A stretch of 64,000 nucleotides of DNA from NCBI GenBank assembly GCA_963704165.1, contig CAVPHD010000012.1, positions 150,532-214,531 of the forward strand, in the 5' to 3' direction. Of the stretch, positions 1 to 9,514 are shown piece after piece. Origin of the DNA: an uncultured delta proteobacterium (GTDB taxonomy: Bacteria > Myxococcota_A > UBA9160 > SZUA-336). The translations under genes were made by a program, and so were the position numbers. The stretch's first letter is position 1; every line of letters starts with the position of its first letter. The notes under the pieces are model-generated. The model searched no databases. It was not told where the DNA came from and was given only the letters and a program-made list of their open reading frames with translations.

Positions 1-583
1 CGGAATACTCGCGGAGCTCTTGGTTCGAACGCTTCCGGCGATTCACCGGCTTCGGATCGCCTCGACCGGCGCCTTTGGCGACACCGAAACCGCGCGGCGC
101 GACACACGGCAACTGCCGACCGCTGCGGGAGAGAGCGCGGGGGCGCTGCGCCGACGCATACCCGAGCTCTGGCGCTTTTCCGATCCCATCGGCATGCGTC
201 CGCTCGTGCCCTCGTCGTGCGCCGATCTCGATGGATTCGCCGAGAGCCACTGCGTCGAGTCCGTCACCTATCTCGAACCGCCCCGGGGCATGATCGGCCG
301 GTCGATCGGCAGGCTGGTCTCGCGCCGAGCCGACTCCGGCTTCGCTCTCGCGGCCGCGGCAACCTGCGATTCCGATCCAGCCGCGGCGGCCACGGCCTCG
401 ATCGAACTCTACGCGCCGAACGTCCTGATCCCCGCGGCGGCCATCGCCACCGCGCTCGGCGTCGCGATCCTCGAGGGGCGCGTGCCCGCGGGACTCTCGA
501 CCCCGCGCGAGATCCTGCACCCGGCCCTGGCCTTGGGTGAGCTCGAGAAGCGCGGGGTCCGCGTCAGCGCAGCTTCGCGTTGA
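1..583 (+). CDS. C-terminal part of a hypothetical protein, possibly a saccharopine-dehydrogenase-like oxidoreductase (5' end outside window)
   Basis: Open frame from the window edge; C-terminus 'GRVPAGLSTPREILHP...LGELEKRGVRV' resembles the tail of saccharopine dehydrogenase-like proteins. Confidence 0.4.
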   Translation, partial: GILAELLVRTLPAIHRLRIASTGAFGDTETARRDTRQLPTAAGESAGALRRRIPELWRFSDPIGMRPLVPSSCADLDGFAESHCVESVTYLEPPRGMIGRSIGRLVSRRADSGFALAAAATCDSDPAAAATASIELYAPNVLIPAAAIATALGVAILEGRVPAGLSTPREILHPALALGELEKRGVRVSAASR

Positions 584-1445
584 GGTAGTCGCGCAGCGGA
601 CGCATCCCGCTGGTCCGGATGCCGAAGCGATCCAGCTCTCGCTGCATCGACCCGTCGCTGTAGATGCGGTGTTCTTCGTCGCGCTGGCGCCAGTCGTGGG
701 TGATCGACTCGAGCTCGGGACCACCCTCTGCGCAGTGCGTGATCAGGTAGGACAGTCCGGGGCCCAGGCGTTCGACGCGCGCAATGTTGTGCGCGAGGCC
801 CTTGCCGGGCGTGAAGGACAGCGAATCCGCCTCGAAGTGGTCGAAGATCGGAAAGCCCGCCGCCTCGGCCGCGTCGATTCTCCGCTCGAAGTCGGCCAGA
901 CGGCTGCCCAGGTCGAGGACCCGCGCCTCCCGGCGCTGCAGGCGCGGAATGAAGGCCGGGAGCTTGAACTCGTGCGCGAGGCGGAAGTAGACGTCGACGA
1001 ACTTCAGGTCGAAGACCGTGCCCATGTGCGCGTCGATGTGCGTGACGTCGATTCCGGCGTCGAGCGCGCGGTGGATCTGCGCGCGCAGCTCCCGATCGAC
1101 CTCCTCGACGATGCCGTGCTCGACCGTCTCGCGCACCGTGCGCCACATGCCACCGTCGGGCGCGACCAGGCTCGGCACGTCGCTTCGGACCGGCGCCCAG
1201 CGGTGCCCCTCGTATTCACAGTTCAGTGTCAGGTGGACGCCGAGATCGAGATCCGGCCGCTCGCGCGCGATCCGGGTCATGTCGGAGAAGCCGGGACACG
1301 GCACCATGATGCTTCCGCAGGTCGCCGATCCGTCGAGCGCACGAACGCCGCCCACGTTGGCGGCGAGCGACATGGCCAGGTCGTCCACGTGCACGACCAC
1401 CACTCGTTCGTCCGGGGCGTAGCCGAGCTCGGCGAGTAACGACAA
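564..1445 (-). CDS. ChbG/YdjC-family carbohydrate deacetylase
   Basis: Motifs HVDDL, LGVHLTL, THIDAHMG, LITHC; TTG start preceded by AAGGAGG. Confidence 0.85.
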   Translation of the reverse strand: MSLLAELGYAPDERVVVVHVDDLAMSLAANVGGVRALDGSATCGSIMVPCPGFSDMTRIARERPDLDLGVHLTLNCEYEGHRWAPVRSDVPSLVAPDGGMWRTVRETVEHGIVEEVDRELRAQIHRALDAGIDVTHIDAHMGTVFDLKFVDVYFRLAHEFKLPAFIPRLQRREARVLDLGSRLADFERRIDAAEAAGFPIFDHFEADSLSFTPGKGLAHNIARVERLGPGLSYLITHCAEGGPELESITHDWRQRDEEHRIYSDGSMQRELDRFGIRTSGMRPLRDYLNAKLR

Positions 1446-1503
1446 CGTCCGCCTCCTTGGGCCGGCCAGCATAGCGGCCGACGGAGATGAGAACATCATC
1501 CGC

Positions 1504-2379
1504 ATGGAGCCGGAACGCTCGTTCGAGATCGGTCCGGGCGACGCGGGCCGCCGCCTCGACGTCGTCGTGGCGCGCGTTCTCGGGCTCTCGCGCGGGTGGG
1601 TGCGCAAGCTGCTCGAATCCGAGCGGGTGCGGCTCGACGGCCGGCCGGCGACGAAGGGCGCGATCCTGCGCGCGGGTGACCGCATCGACGTGCTCGAGTT
1701 CGCGCGTCCCGACGCCGGCCCGATCGCAAACGCCGAACTCGCGGTGACGGTCGTTCGCGAGACGGCGGACCTGGTCGCGATCGACAAACCGCCGGGCCTC
1801 GCCGTGCACCCGCTCGATCCGGACGAGACCCACACCGCGCTGAACGCGCTGGTCGCGCGCCACCCGGAGATGGTCGGCGTGGGCGAGGGGGGCCTGCGCT
1901 CGGGCGTGGTCCACCGCCTCGATCCGGGCACGTCGGGCGTGCTCGTCTTCGCGAAGCACGAGCGCGCCTGGGTCGAAGCGCGTCGGGCCTTCACCGAGAG
2001 GCGCGTTTCGAAACGCTACGTCGCGCGAGTGCACGGCGCGTTCGCGGGCAAGCGCGACATCGAGCTCAGGCTCGAGAATCGCGGCACGCACGTTCGCGTC
2101 GTCGCGCACGGCGGGCGGCTGGCCTCGTCGCACATCCGTGCTCTCGAGACCGGGTCGGAGACGAGCCTCGTCGAGATCGCGATGCACACCGGTGTCCGGC
2201 ACCAGATCCGCGCCAGCCTGGCCGAGCTCGGCCATCCGGTCGTCGGCGATCGGCTCTACGGCTCGAGCGCCGAGCTCGACCGGCACTGGCTGCACGCGGT
2301 CGCCGTCGCCTGGGACGATTTCGCGGCCGAAGCCGCGCCGCCGAGAGAGCTCAGACCCGCTCGAACCGCCGCAGTGTGA
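1504..2379 (+). CDS. RluA-family pseudouridine synthase with N-terminal S4 domain
   Basis: RLDVVVAR...SR S4 motif; IDKPPGL, VHRLDPGTSGV, TGVRHQIR, HPVVGDRLYG. Confidence 0.95.
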   Translation: MEPERSFEIGPGDAGRRLDVVVARVLGLSRGWVRKLLESERVRLDGRPATKGAILRAGDRIDVLEFARPDAGPIANAELAVTVVRETADLVAIDKPPGLAVHPLDPDETHTALNALVARHPEMVGVGEGGLRSGVVHRLDPGTSGVLVFAKHERAWVEARRAFTERRVSKRYVARVHGAFAGKRDIELRLENRGTHVRVVAHGGRLASSHIRALETGSETSLVEIAMHTGVRHQIRASLAELGHPVVGDRLYGSSAELDRHWLHAVAVAWDDFAAEAAPPRELRPARTAAV

Positions 2380-3028
2380 GCAACACCGCTCGCGCGATCA
2401 CGAGCACGAGCGCCGCGCCGAGCACCGGCGTGAGCAGGTGGCCGATCGTCTGGTGGAGCTCGTCCGGGTAGGCGCAGCCGAGAATTCCCGGCTGCGTGAG
2501 CCCCCCGAGCGGCGCCGCGGCGCCGACCGCGATCGCGACGGCCAGCTGGCGCGGCACCGCGCGCGAAGCGAAGCGCGCGAAGAGCAGCGCCGGGAGTACC
2601 GCGGGCAGGACCGCGTGGAGCGAACACGTGACGGTCGCAGCGAGCCAGCCGGGCGCGAGCGACGCCGCACCAGGCCAGCCGGCGATCCGCACGGCGGCGA
2701 TCCCTGCCAGCGCGGCGAGTGCGAGCGCGAGCGCGATCACACCCGACCGGGCGAGTCGCTCGCGTCCGGGCACACAGACGCCGAGCGCAAACACGAGCGC
2801 ACCCGAGAACAGCAGCGCGTGCACCGCGATCGTCCACGCATCGAGGCCGCCGAAGTCGGGCTTCGGCCACGGCGCCGGGCCGATCCACGCGAAGACGATC
2901 TGCGCCGCGACGAGCGCGAACGTCAAGCCCGCGATGCTCGCGGCGACGCGGCCCAGACGCGGCAGTCGCCGGACCGGCTGCAACTCCCGGGTGAGACTCC
3001 GGATCAGCACCTCGGTGCGCTCAGGCAT
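2351..3028 (-). CDS. NrsF (DUF1109)-like membrane anti-sigma factor
   Basis: N-terminal TEVLIRSLTRELQPVRRL, multiple TM segments with Cys residues; overlaps the stop of the ECF sigma gene. Confidence 0.75.
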   Translation of the reverse strand: MPERTEVLIRSLTRELQPVRRLPRLGRVAASIAGLTFALVAAQIVFAWIGPAPWPKPDFGGLDAWTIAVHALLFSGALVFALGVCVPGRERLARSGVIALALALAALAGIAAVRIAGWPGAASLAPGWLAATVTCSLHAVLPAVLPALLFARFASRAVPRQLAVAIAVGAAAPLGGLTQPGILGCAYPDELHQTIGHLLTPVLGAALVLVIARAVLLTLRRFERV

Positions 3029-3599
3029 CGCGCTCGCGACCTCCGAGCAACCCACGCAGGGCCTTGTAGCCGCGATGGGCTCGCACCTTGAGCGCGCTCA
3101 CCGTCACCCCGACGCGTTCCGCCGCCTCGGCCACGGAGAGCTCGCGCACGTGGATCAGCAGGACGGCCTCGCGTTGGGAGGCGGGAAGCTCGGCGAGCGC
3201 GCGCTCCATCCGCTCCGAAAGCGGAGCCTCCATTCGCGATGGCTCGCGCTCGTCGGCGAGCAGGTCGGCGTCGGGCAGGGCCGCCTCGCGCTCGGCTTGC
3301 TTGCCGCGCGCGCGAAACGCGTCGACGACCGCGTTGCGCGCGATCGTGCGGAGCCACGGGCCGAAGGGCCGGCTCGGCTCGTACGTATGGCGGGCACGGT
3401 GGAGAGAGAGCAGCACGTTCTGAACCACGTCCTCCGTCGCGGAGGCATCGCGAAGCCGCAGATCGACGAACACGCGCAGCGCAGGAACGATCTCGTTCAG
3501 CAGCGCCGCATAGGCCGCCGCATCCCCATCCTGGGCGGCGGCCATCCAGCGGCCCCAAGCGACTTCCCGACGGGCGGCGCCGTCGCGTCGTCCACTCAT
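3021..3599 (-). CDS. ECF RNA polymerase sigma factor (ECF16/SigF-like)
   Basis: MAAAQDGDAAAY, EDVVQNVLLSLH..RHTY, WLRTIARN, region 4 ALKVRAHRG. Confidence 0.92.
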   Translation of the reverse strand: MSGRRDGAARREVAWGRWMAAAQDGDAAAYAALLNEIVPALRVFVDLRLRDASATEDVVQNVLLSLHRARHTYEPSRPFGPWLRTIARNAVVDAFRARGKQAEREAALPDADLLADEREPSRMEAPLSERMERALAELPASQREAVLLIHVRELSVAEAAERVGVTVSALKVRAHRGYKALRGLLGGRERDA

Positions 3600-3655
3600 A
3601 CGGTCCCCGAACCCACCTGGTTACCGCGTTCCGTCGACGCGATGCGGGTGCGCAC

Positions 3656-4630
3656 TCACGGGGTGATGATCACCTTGCCGTAGCTGCCGCGGGAGCCGAG
3701 CGCCTCGAGGGCCTTGGGAACCTCGTCGAGGGAGTAGGTGCCGAAGATCAGCGGCCGCACGTGGCCCGTCCCGTACAGCTTCGCGAGGTCGGCAAAGATC
3801 TCCGGGATCCGCTCGGGCTGGTGGATCGCGTACGCCCCCCAGTGCAGTCCGACGACGGCGATGTTCTTGAGCAGGATCCGGTTGGTCTTGACCTCGGGGA
3901 TCGTTCCGCCGGCGAAGCCGATCACGAGCAGTCGGCCGTTCCAGGCGATGCACTTCATCGAGCCCTCGAAGATCTCGCCTCCGACGGGATCGTAGATCAC
4001 GTCGGCGCCCTTTCCGGCGGTCGCCTCCTTCACCGCCTCGACCCAATTGCCGACCGAGTAGTCGATCGCGAGATCCGCGCCCGCGCGCCTTGCGACATCG
4101 AGCTTGTCGGCGCTGCCGGCCGTCGCGATCACGCGCGCGCCGAGCGCCTTGCCGATCTGCACCGCTGCGACGCCGACACCGCCGGCCGCGGCGTGCACGA
4201 GCAGGGTTTCGCCCGCGCGCAGGTTCGCCCGATCGACGAGCGCGGCGTACGAGGTCGGGTAGACGACCGGAAACGCCGCAGCCTCGGGAAAGCTCATCGC
4301 GTCCGGCATCGCGTGCAGCGACGCCACCGGCAACGCGACGCGCTCGGCGAATGCTCCGAGCGCCAGCCCCGCGAAGACGCGATCCCCGATCGCGACTCCG
4401 CTCACGTCCGGACCGAGCTCTCGAACCACGCCGGCGACCTCGGCCCCTGGCGTGAAGGGGAACGCCGGCTTCATCTGGTATCTGCCCTGCACGAGCAGGA
4501 TGTCGAAGAAGTTGCAGCCGGCGGCTTCGACGTCGATCACGACCTGGTTCGCGCGCGGCACCGGATCGGGCAGCTCGCGAACGACGAGATCCTTCGGCTC
4601 CGTCCAGCGATCGACGACGACGGCTCGCAT
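3656..4630 (-). CDS. NADPH:quinone oxidoreductase-family (MDR) protein
   Basis: PFTPGAEVAG, VHAAAGGVG, DVIYDPVGG, GRLLVIGFAGG. Confidence 0.93.
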   Translation of the reverse strand: MRAVVVDRWTEPKDLVVRELPDPVPRANQVVIDVEAAGCNFFDILLVQGRYQMKPAFPFTPGAEVAGVVRELGPDVSGVAIGDRVFAGLALGAFAERVALPVASLHAMPDAMSFPEAAAFPVVYPTSYAALVDRANLRAGETLLVHAAAGGVGVAAVQIGKALGARVIATAGSADKLDVARRAGADLAIDYSVGNWVEAVKEATAGKGADVIYDPVGGEIFEGSMKCIAWNGRLLVIGFAGGTIPEVKTNRILLKNIAVVGLHWGAYAIHQPERIPEIFADLAKLYGTGHVRPLIFGTYSLDEVPKALEALGSRGSYGKVIITP

Positions 4631-4699
4631 GCTCTCCTCCCGGGGGCCGCTCGCGCGGCTCGCCGAGTCTAACACCGCGACGCTGCGCTTAAATGCGAA

Positions 4700-4725
4700 C
4701 GCCGGCCGGGTCGATCCGGCCGGCG
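4700..4725 (-). terminator. GC-rich hairpin downstream of the histone gene (candidate intrinsic terminator)
   Basis: CGCCGGCCGG-N6-CCGGCCGGCG perfect stem followed on the minus strand by a weak U-tract (TTCGCATTT). Confidence 0.45.
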
Positions 4726-4750
4726 AGCGTAGTCGGGGCGGAAACCCCGA

Positions 4751-4960
4751 TCAGACGTCCTGCGGGCGCAGCGTCTTGCGACCGTTGGCTCCGGCGCGGG
4801 CTTCGGCCTGCGCGATCACCGATCGCACGTGAGCCTCGAGCGCACCGTAGAACTCGCTTCCGACGTTGCACTTCTTCGCCGCCGCCTTGACGCGCGACTT
4901 CGAGATGATCATCGAATCGCCGCCCTTCTTCGCGGCGCCCGCCTTCTTCTTCGCTGCCAT
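4751..4960 (-). CDS. Bacterial histone-fold protein (Bd0055/DUF1931-like) with Lys-rich N-terminal tail
   Basis: 69 aa MAAKKKAGAAKKGGDSMIISKSRVKAAAKKCNVGSEFYGALEAHVRSVIAQAEARAGANGRKTLRPQDV; carries the histone-fold RKT..xxD signature. Confidence 0.88.
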   Translation of the reverse strand: MAAKKKAGAAKKGGDSMIISKSRVKAAAKKCNVGSEFYGALEAHVRSVIAQAEARAGANGRKTLRPQDV

Positions 4961-5099
4961 TTCAAGCTCCCCGTTTTCGCGACCGCCGATCGTGCGCGAG
5001 CGCGGATTCGTGTCTGGGCCGAACATTCGGCACAGGGCGCAAATAGCACGCGGCCTTTCGAAAGCAAGGGGATTGCGGGTTTCCGGCTAGACTCCGGAA

Positions 5100-5909
5100 G
5101 TGCGATCGATTCGGTGGACGACGATTCTGTTCTCGATCTTCGCGTTCGTCGCGGCGTCGGCGCATGCGCGCGATGGCGGCGTGGACGGAAACTGGAGCAA
5201 GCGTCGCTCGAGCCACTTCGAGCTCTTCCAGGACGTCGCGCTCGAACGCTACTCGGGGCGAGATGGCTCGCGCGCCTTCGAGATCTCCCTGCTCGCCGCG
5301 CTCGAGTCGGCGCACGATCGCGTCCGCGACGGCATCGGCGTCGAGCCGCGCGCCCGTGTGCGCGTCTTCGTCTACGACCCGGACGTCTTCGACGCCTCGT
5401 ATTCGGCGCGCTTCGGTTTTCGCGCGGCGGGTTTCTGGGACGGTGCGATCCACGTGCGCGGCGGAACGGCCGTCGACGCGAGGATCGTCGGAACGCTCGT
5501 TCACGAATACGTGCACGCCGCGCTCGCATCCCTGGCTCCCGCTGGAATCTGGCCGGCGTGGTTGAACGAAGGGCTCGCCGAGCACTTCGAACGCGAGGCT
5601 CTCGGCATCGTTCGACTCGGCGCGCACGAACGTGCGGAGATCCGAGCTGCGATCGCGCGCGGGCGCTGGCTTCCGCTCGAAGCTCTCGGTGGTCCCTCGT
5701 TCGCCGGGCTCGACGAGTCGTCGGCGCGGATCGCCTATCTCGAGTCCTACGCGTGTGTCGAAATGATTCTGCGCCGCTACGGCCGCGAACGGATCGAACG
5801 GCTCGTCGAAGAGCACGCGAAGGCCCGCCGGATCGAGCGCGCACTCCAGCGCGCGTTGCGCACCGACCTCGCGAAGCTCGAGGCGCAGCTCCTCGCCGAG
5901 CTCGACTGA
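5100..5909 (+). CDS. Secreted peptidase MA-like zinc metalloprotease
   Basis: Signal peptide (ASAHA); HEYVH and WLNEGLAE gluzincin motifs. Confidence 0.85.
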   Translation: MRSIRWTTILFSIFAFVAASAHARDGGVDGNWSKRRSSHFELFQDVALERYSGRDGSRAFEISLLAALESAHDRVRDGIGVEPRARVRVFVYDPDVFDASYSARFGFRAAGFWDGAIHVRGGTAVDARIVGTLVHEYVHAALASLAPAGIWPAWLNEGLAEHFEREALGIVRLGAHERAEIRAAIARGRWLPLEALGGPSFAGLDESSARIAYLESYACVEMILRRYGRERIERLVEEHAKARRIERALQRALRTDLAKLEAQLLAELD

Positions 5910-5930
5910 CGCAGCGTCGACCGCGCCGGA

Positions 5931-6080
5931 CTACTGAAGCGTGTAGACGAAGTTCCCTTCGGAGCCGAGGCTCGCGATCACGAGCAGTGCGAAGAAGGCG
6001 AAGACGATGATCAAGGGAAGCAACCAGAACTTCTTGCGTGCCTTGAGGAACTCCCAGACACCCGCTTCCGTGCTCCGCAT
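5931..6080 (-). CDS. Small membrane protein (DUF5989-like)
   Basis: WEFLKARKKFWLLPLII...FVYTL pattern, 49 aa. Confidence 0.75.
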   Translation of the reverse strand: MRSTEAGVWEFLKARKKFWLLPLIIVFAFFALLVIASLGSEGNFVYTLQ

Positions 6081-6121
6081 TCGCGATCTCCCGAAGTGCC
6101 GCGGATCGTAGCTCCGCGCCG

Positions 6122-7396
6122 TCAGATGTGAAGGTCCTCCTTCACGAGCGCCTCGGGTCCCCGCAGGAATCTCTCGCCCGCGAGCGCCGAGAGGTCGAGC
6201 GTGCGGAAGGCGCCGTCGCAGACGAGCTCGGCAACGCCGCGCCCGACCGCCCAGGACTGCATCACTCCACGGCCCGTGAAGCTGTGTGCCTCGAGCGCGT
6301 TCGAGAAGCCGGGAAGTCGCCCGAGCACGCCGCTGCAGTCGGGCGTCACCGAGTAGAGCCCCGACCAACCGCGCACGTGGTGACAGCGCTCGAAGGCCGA
6401 GGCGCGGTGCGCGAGCCTCGGCCACACCTCTCGTTCGAAGTACGCGTCCCCGTCGTAACGGAAGTCGTATCCGGCGGGCTCGTCGGGGTTCGAGAAGCCC
6501 GCGAGCGTGTACGTTCCCTCCGGGTGGAAGTAGAGACCCGAGGCGTCGACGATCATGCCGGCGTCGTGGAGATCGACCCCCGGCGGGAGATCGCGCGCCC
6601 GCACGTCGACCATCGCGATCTGACGCCGCACCGGCACGGCCCAGTCGCGGACTCCGAGCCTGGCCGAGAGCAGCGGGCTCCAGGCGCCGAGCGCGTTCAC
6701 GAAGATCTCGGGCCGAAGCGACGGGTGGTCGACGCTCGACTCGGGTGGAACACGGTGCTGTGTCAGAATGCGGTGCACGAGTCCGCTCTCGTCGGCCGGA
6801 TCGCCCTTCTCCACCTCGACGACGTGTACGCGCGCGATCCGACGCTGGCCGGGCTCGCGTTCGCCCACCTCGACCGCCTCGACGTAGTGACGGTTCAGGA
6901 ATCGTGCGCCGCCTGCGGTGGCCCGCTCGCGGTACAGGCGCCGCACCGCGTTGGGGTTGACCAGACCGTCTCGCGGCGAGAAGGTCGCACCGACGATCTC
7001 ATGCAGGTTGCGGTCGAGCAGGGGGAAGCGCCGCGAGATCTCGGGCAGGTCGAGCAGATCCACGCTCACGCCGAGACGCTTCTGGAACTCGCTCCGCTCC
7101 CGCGCGCGCGCGAATCGCTCGACGTCGTCGTAGAGCCACAGGTAGCCGCGCTGTCGCAGCGAGACCTCGGCCGCATTCGCCTCGAAGAACGCGATCGTGT
7201 CCCGGCAGGACGCGACGTTCGGCTCCTGCCACCAGGTCGCGCGTGCCCCGCCTGCGTTCAGCTCCGAAGACGCGTACAGACCCGCGAGGTCGAGATCGAC
7301 CACACAGACGTCGCTCACCCCGCGTTCGACGAGCGCGCAGGCGATCGCCGAGCCGATGATTCCACCGCCCGCGATGAGCACTCCGACACGTTCCAC
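6122..7396 (-). CDS. FAD-dependent oxidoreductase (DAO / sarcosine oxidase beta / FOXRED1-like)
   Basis: GGGIIG Rossmann motif, VNALGAWS, WSGLYSVTPD, FTGRGVMQS. Confidence 0.9.
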   Translation of the reverse strand: MERVGVLIAGGGIIGSAIACALVERGVSDVCVVDLDLAGLYASSELNAGGARATWWQEPNVASCRDTIAFFEANAAEVSLRQRGYLWLYDDVERFARARERSEFQKRLGVSVDLLDLPEISRRFPLLDRNLHEIVGATFSPRDGLVNPNAVRRLYRERATAGGARFLNRHYVEAVEVGEREPGQRRIARVHVVEVEKGDPADESGLVHRILTQHRVPPESSVDHPSLRPEIFVNALGAWSPLLSARLGVRDWAVPVRRQIAMVDVRARDLPPGVDLHDAGMIVDASGLYFHPEGTYTLAGFSNPDEPAGYDFRYDGDAYFEREVWPRLAHRASAFERCHHVRGWSGLYSVTPDCSGVLGRLPGFSNALEAHSFTGRGVMQSWAVGRGVAELVCDGAFRTLDLSALAGERFLRGPEALVKEDLHI

Positions 7397-7462
7397 GTTC
7401 TGCCTCCGGGGAAGACGATGGGAGTCGTTCGAGAGGGATCGATCCGAAGCGTAGGGGCTACA

Positions 7463-7945
7463 ATGACGCCGCGAAAGATGGAGTCATCGAACGCGCCGAC
7501 CGGTGGGAGTGAGGGCGAGCTCGCGGCGCGTCCGGCCCGGCGCGTATTCGTCGAGAATCACGAGATCCCGTGGCTCGTGATCGGGACGGCGCGCGGCGAT
7601 GCGGCCGCCTGCCGCCGCGTGCTCGGCGCGCGGCGCGGCGGGCGAGTCGGATTCGTTCTTGCGCTCACGGGACTCGCGCTGGCGGCTCCGAACCTGCGTG
7701 CGGCCTTCGTGTCGGCTCTCGTCCACGTCGTTCTGGCCCTGCTCGTCGGGATCGGAGCGCGAAGGCGAGGCGGGCAGACTACTCGAGAGGTGCAGCGGCT
7801 CGCGCTCTGGACCGTGCTGACACCACTTGGCGTCGCTGCGCTCGCGCGGCTCGCGGGATTCGGCTCGCTTCGGCTCTGCCTCGCCGCCGCGATCGTCGGT
7901 CAGATCCTGCTCGTCCGCGCGCTCCGCGTGACTCGCTCGGCCTGA
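7463..7945 (+). CDS. Hypothetical membrane protein
   Basis: About four hydrophobic segments; GC3-biased codons; start uncertain. Confidence 0.55.
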   Translation: MTPRKMESSNAPTGGSEGELAARPARRVFVENHEIPWLVIGTARGDAAACRRVLGARRGGRVGFVLALTGLALAAPNLRAAFVSALVHVVLALLVGIGARRRGGQTTREVQRLALWTVLTPLGVAALARLAGFGSLRLCLAAAIVGQILLVRALRVTRSA

Positions 7946-7949
7946 TCGA

Positions 7950-8282
7950 CTACTTCGAAGCGGGCGCGGCGGGCACTTCCTCGAGCTCCTCGGGAAGCAC
8001 GCCGTCGGGAACGCCCGAGGGGCGCACGGACGGATCCGGGTGCCATTGACCCTCGAGCGGGTAGTTGTAGCCGCTCGTGTTCAAGACGATCGACCTGTTG
8101 TCGGGGTTGGCTCGCGGCACCTGCGGCTTCGCGGTCGCGGACCTCTTGATCACGACCGGCGCCGGACACTGGCTCTGCGCCGCGGCACCGTCCGCACCCG
8201 AGTCCGCGTGACCGACGATCGCCACGCCGCCGGTCGTGAAGACCAGCGTCAGGGCGACGAGCGAGAGACCGAGCCAACGCAT
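7950..8282 (-). CDS. Small exported hypothetical protein
   Basis: RBS CAGGAGG; N-terminal signal-like segment MRWLGLSLVALTLVF; IVLNTSGYNYP core. Confidence 0.65.
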   Translation of the reverse strand: MRWLGLSLVALTLVFTTGGVAIVGHADSGADGAAAQSQCPAPVVIKRSATAKPQVPRANPDNRSIVLNTSGYNYPLEGQWHPDPSVRPSGVPDGVLPEELEEVPAAPASK

Positions 8283-8352
8283 GCCCTCCTGGATCGGCGA
8301 AGTCCGTTTGCGACTTGAGCGCCACGGGCCGCGCGCGTACGTTGCGCGCTCG

Positions 8353-9084
8353 ATGCCCGCGAAGGAGAGCCCGCTCGAGCGCCTGGAACGCGAGATCCCC
8401 GCGTGCTCGGAGTGCCCGCGCCTCGCGGACTTCCTGGCCGATCTGCGCACGCGTCATCCCGAGTATTGGAATCGGCCGGTGCCCGGCTTCGGCGACCACT
8501 CCGCGACGCTCGCGATCGTCGGCCTCGCCCCGGGACTGCACGGTGCGAATCGCTCGGGCCGACCCTTCTTCCTCGACGCCTCGGGTGAATGGCTCTACGG
8601 AGAACTCGCACGTCGGCGGCTCTGGGACGGTGAGCGACTCGATGGTGTGTACATCGTGAACGCGGTGAAGTGCCTCCCGCCGGGAAACCGGCCGAGCTCC
8701 GACGAACAGACGCGCTGCCGGCCCTGGCTCGAGCGCGAACTCGGTTTGCTCGAACGCGTGCAGGTGGTGCTCGCGCTCGGCCGGATCGCGCACGAGGCCG
8801 TGCTTCGTAGCTGGCGCGTGCGTCCGCTCGCCCGCCATCCGTTCGCGCACGGACGCGTCGCGCGGGTGCCGGACCGGCCCACCCTCGTCTCGAGCTATCA
8901 CCCCTCGAGACAGAACACGAACACGGGCGTGCTCACGCGCGCGATGTGGCGGGAGGTGTTCGCACGCGCGCTGCGAGTTGCCGCGAAGCGAAGAACGTCC
9001 ACAGGATCACGGGCAGAATCCCCGCCGCGGCCGTCCGGTGCAGACCCTCGACGAAGCCGAGCGAGATCAGAAAGGGACGCGTGA
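8353..9084 (+). CDS. Uracil-DNA glycosylase (family 4/5, UdgB-like, Fe-S)
   Basis: CSECPRL, GLAPGLHGANRSGRPF, VKCLPPGNRP, SYHPSRQNTNTG. Confidence 0.93.
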   Translation: MPAKESPLERLEREIPACSECPRLADFLADLRTRHPEYWNRPVPGFGDHSATLAIVGLAPGLHGANRSGRPFFLDASGEWLYGELARRRLWDGERLDGVYIVNAVKCLPPGNRPSSDEQTRCRPWLERELGLLERVQVVLALGRIAHEAVLRSWRVRPLARHPFAHGRVARVPDRPTLVSSYHPSRQNTNTGVLTRAMWREVFARALRVAAKRRTSTGSRAESPPRPSGADPRRSRARSERDA

Positions 9085-9514
9085 CGGCGATGCCCCGGAG
9101 GGCTTCCCGTTCCCAACGTTCGACGTCGCTCATCAGCATCGCGACGCAGAGCAGGAAGACGAGCCCACCGCCGGCGAGCAACGCCACGCCGACATCGCGA
9201 GCACGGAGCCGTGGCGTCGCGAGCACGAGCGCGACGAAGAGGACGAGAACGAACGCGTGCTTGTGGTACGGGCGCTCGAGCTTTCGCACGACCGCTCCGA
9301 CGCGGAGATCGTAGACGTAGACGGAGGCGTCTCCCTTCCACTCGAAGCCGAGCGCGCGGGACTGCATCGCGCCTCCGGTGAGCGATGCGTTCGCAACGCG
9401 CGTCGCGCCCGACTCGATGAACGCGTAGACGGGCACGCTGGCGCAGAGCCAGACGAGCAGCCCGTAGACGACGACGAAACGCGCGAGCAGCAGGAGCGCG
9501 AACCTAGAGTTCAT
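8933..9514 (-). CDS. Exosortase-associated membrane protein
   Basis: Overlaps the exosortase stop; TM segments with LFVALVLATP and LPVILW motifs. Confidence 0.6.
   Translation of the reverse strand: MNSRFALLLLARFVVVYGLLVWLCASVPVYAFIESGATRVANASLTGGAMQSRALGFEWKGDASVYVYDLRVGAVVRKLERPYHKHAFVLVLFVALVLATPRLRARDVGVALLAGGGLVFLLCVAMLMSDVERWEREALRGIAVTRPFLISLGFVEGLHRTAAAGILPVILWTFFASRQLAARVRTPPATSRA

Noticed and set aside
8933..9084. 152-bp convergent overlap of the UDG and exosortase-partner genes as a regulatory device
   Set aside because: The overlapping tails are low-complexity read-through typical of stop-poor GC-rich DNA, or reflect an indel; no supporting signal
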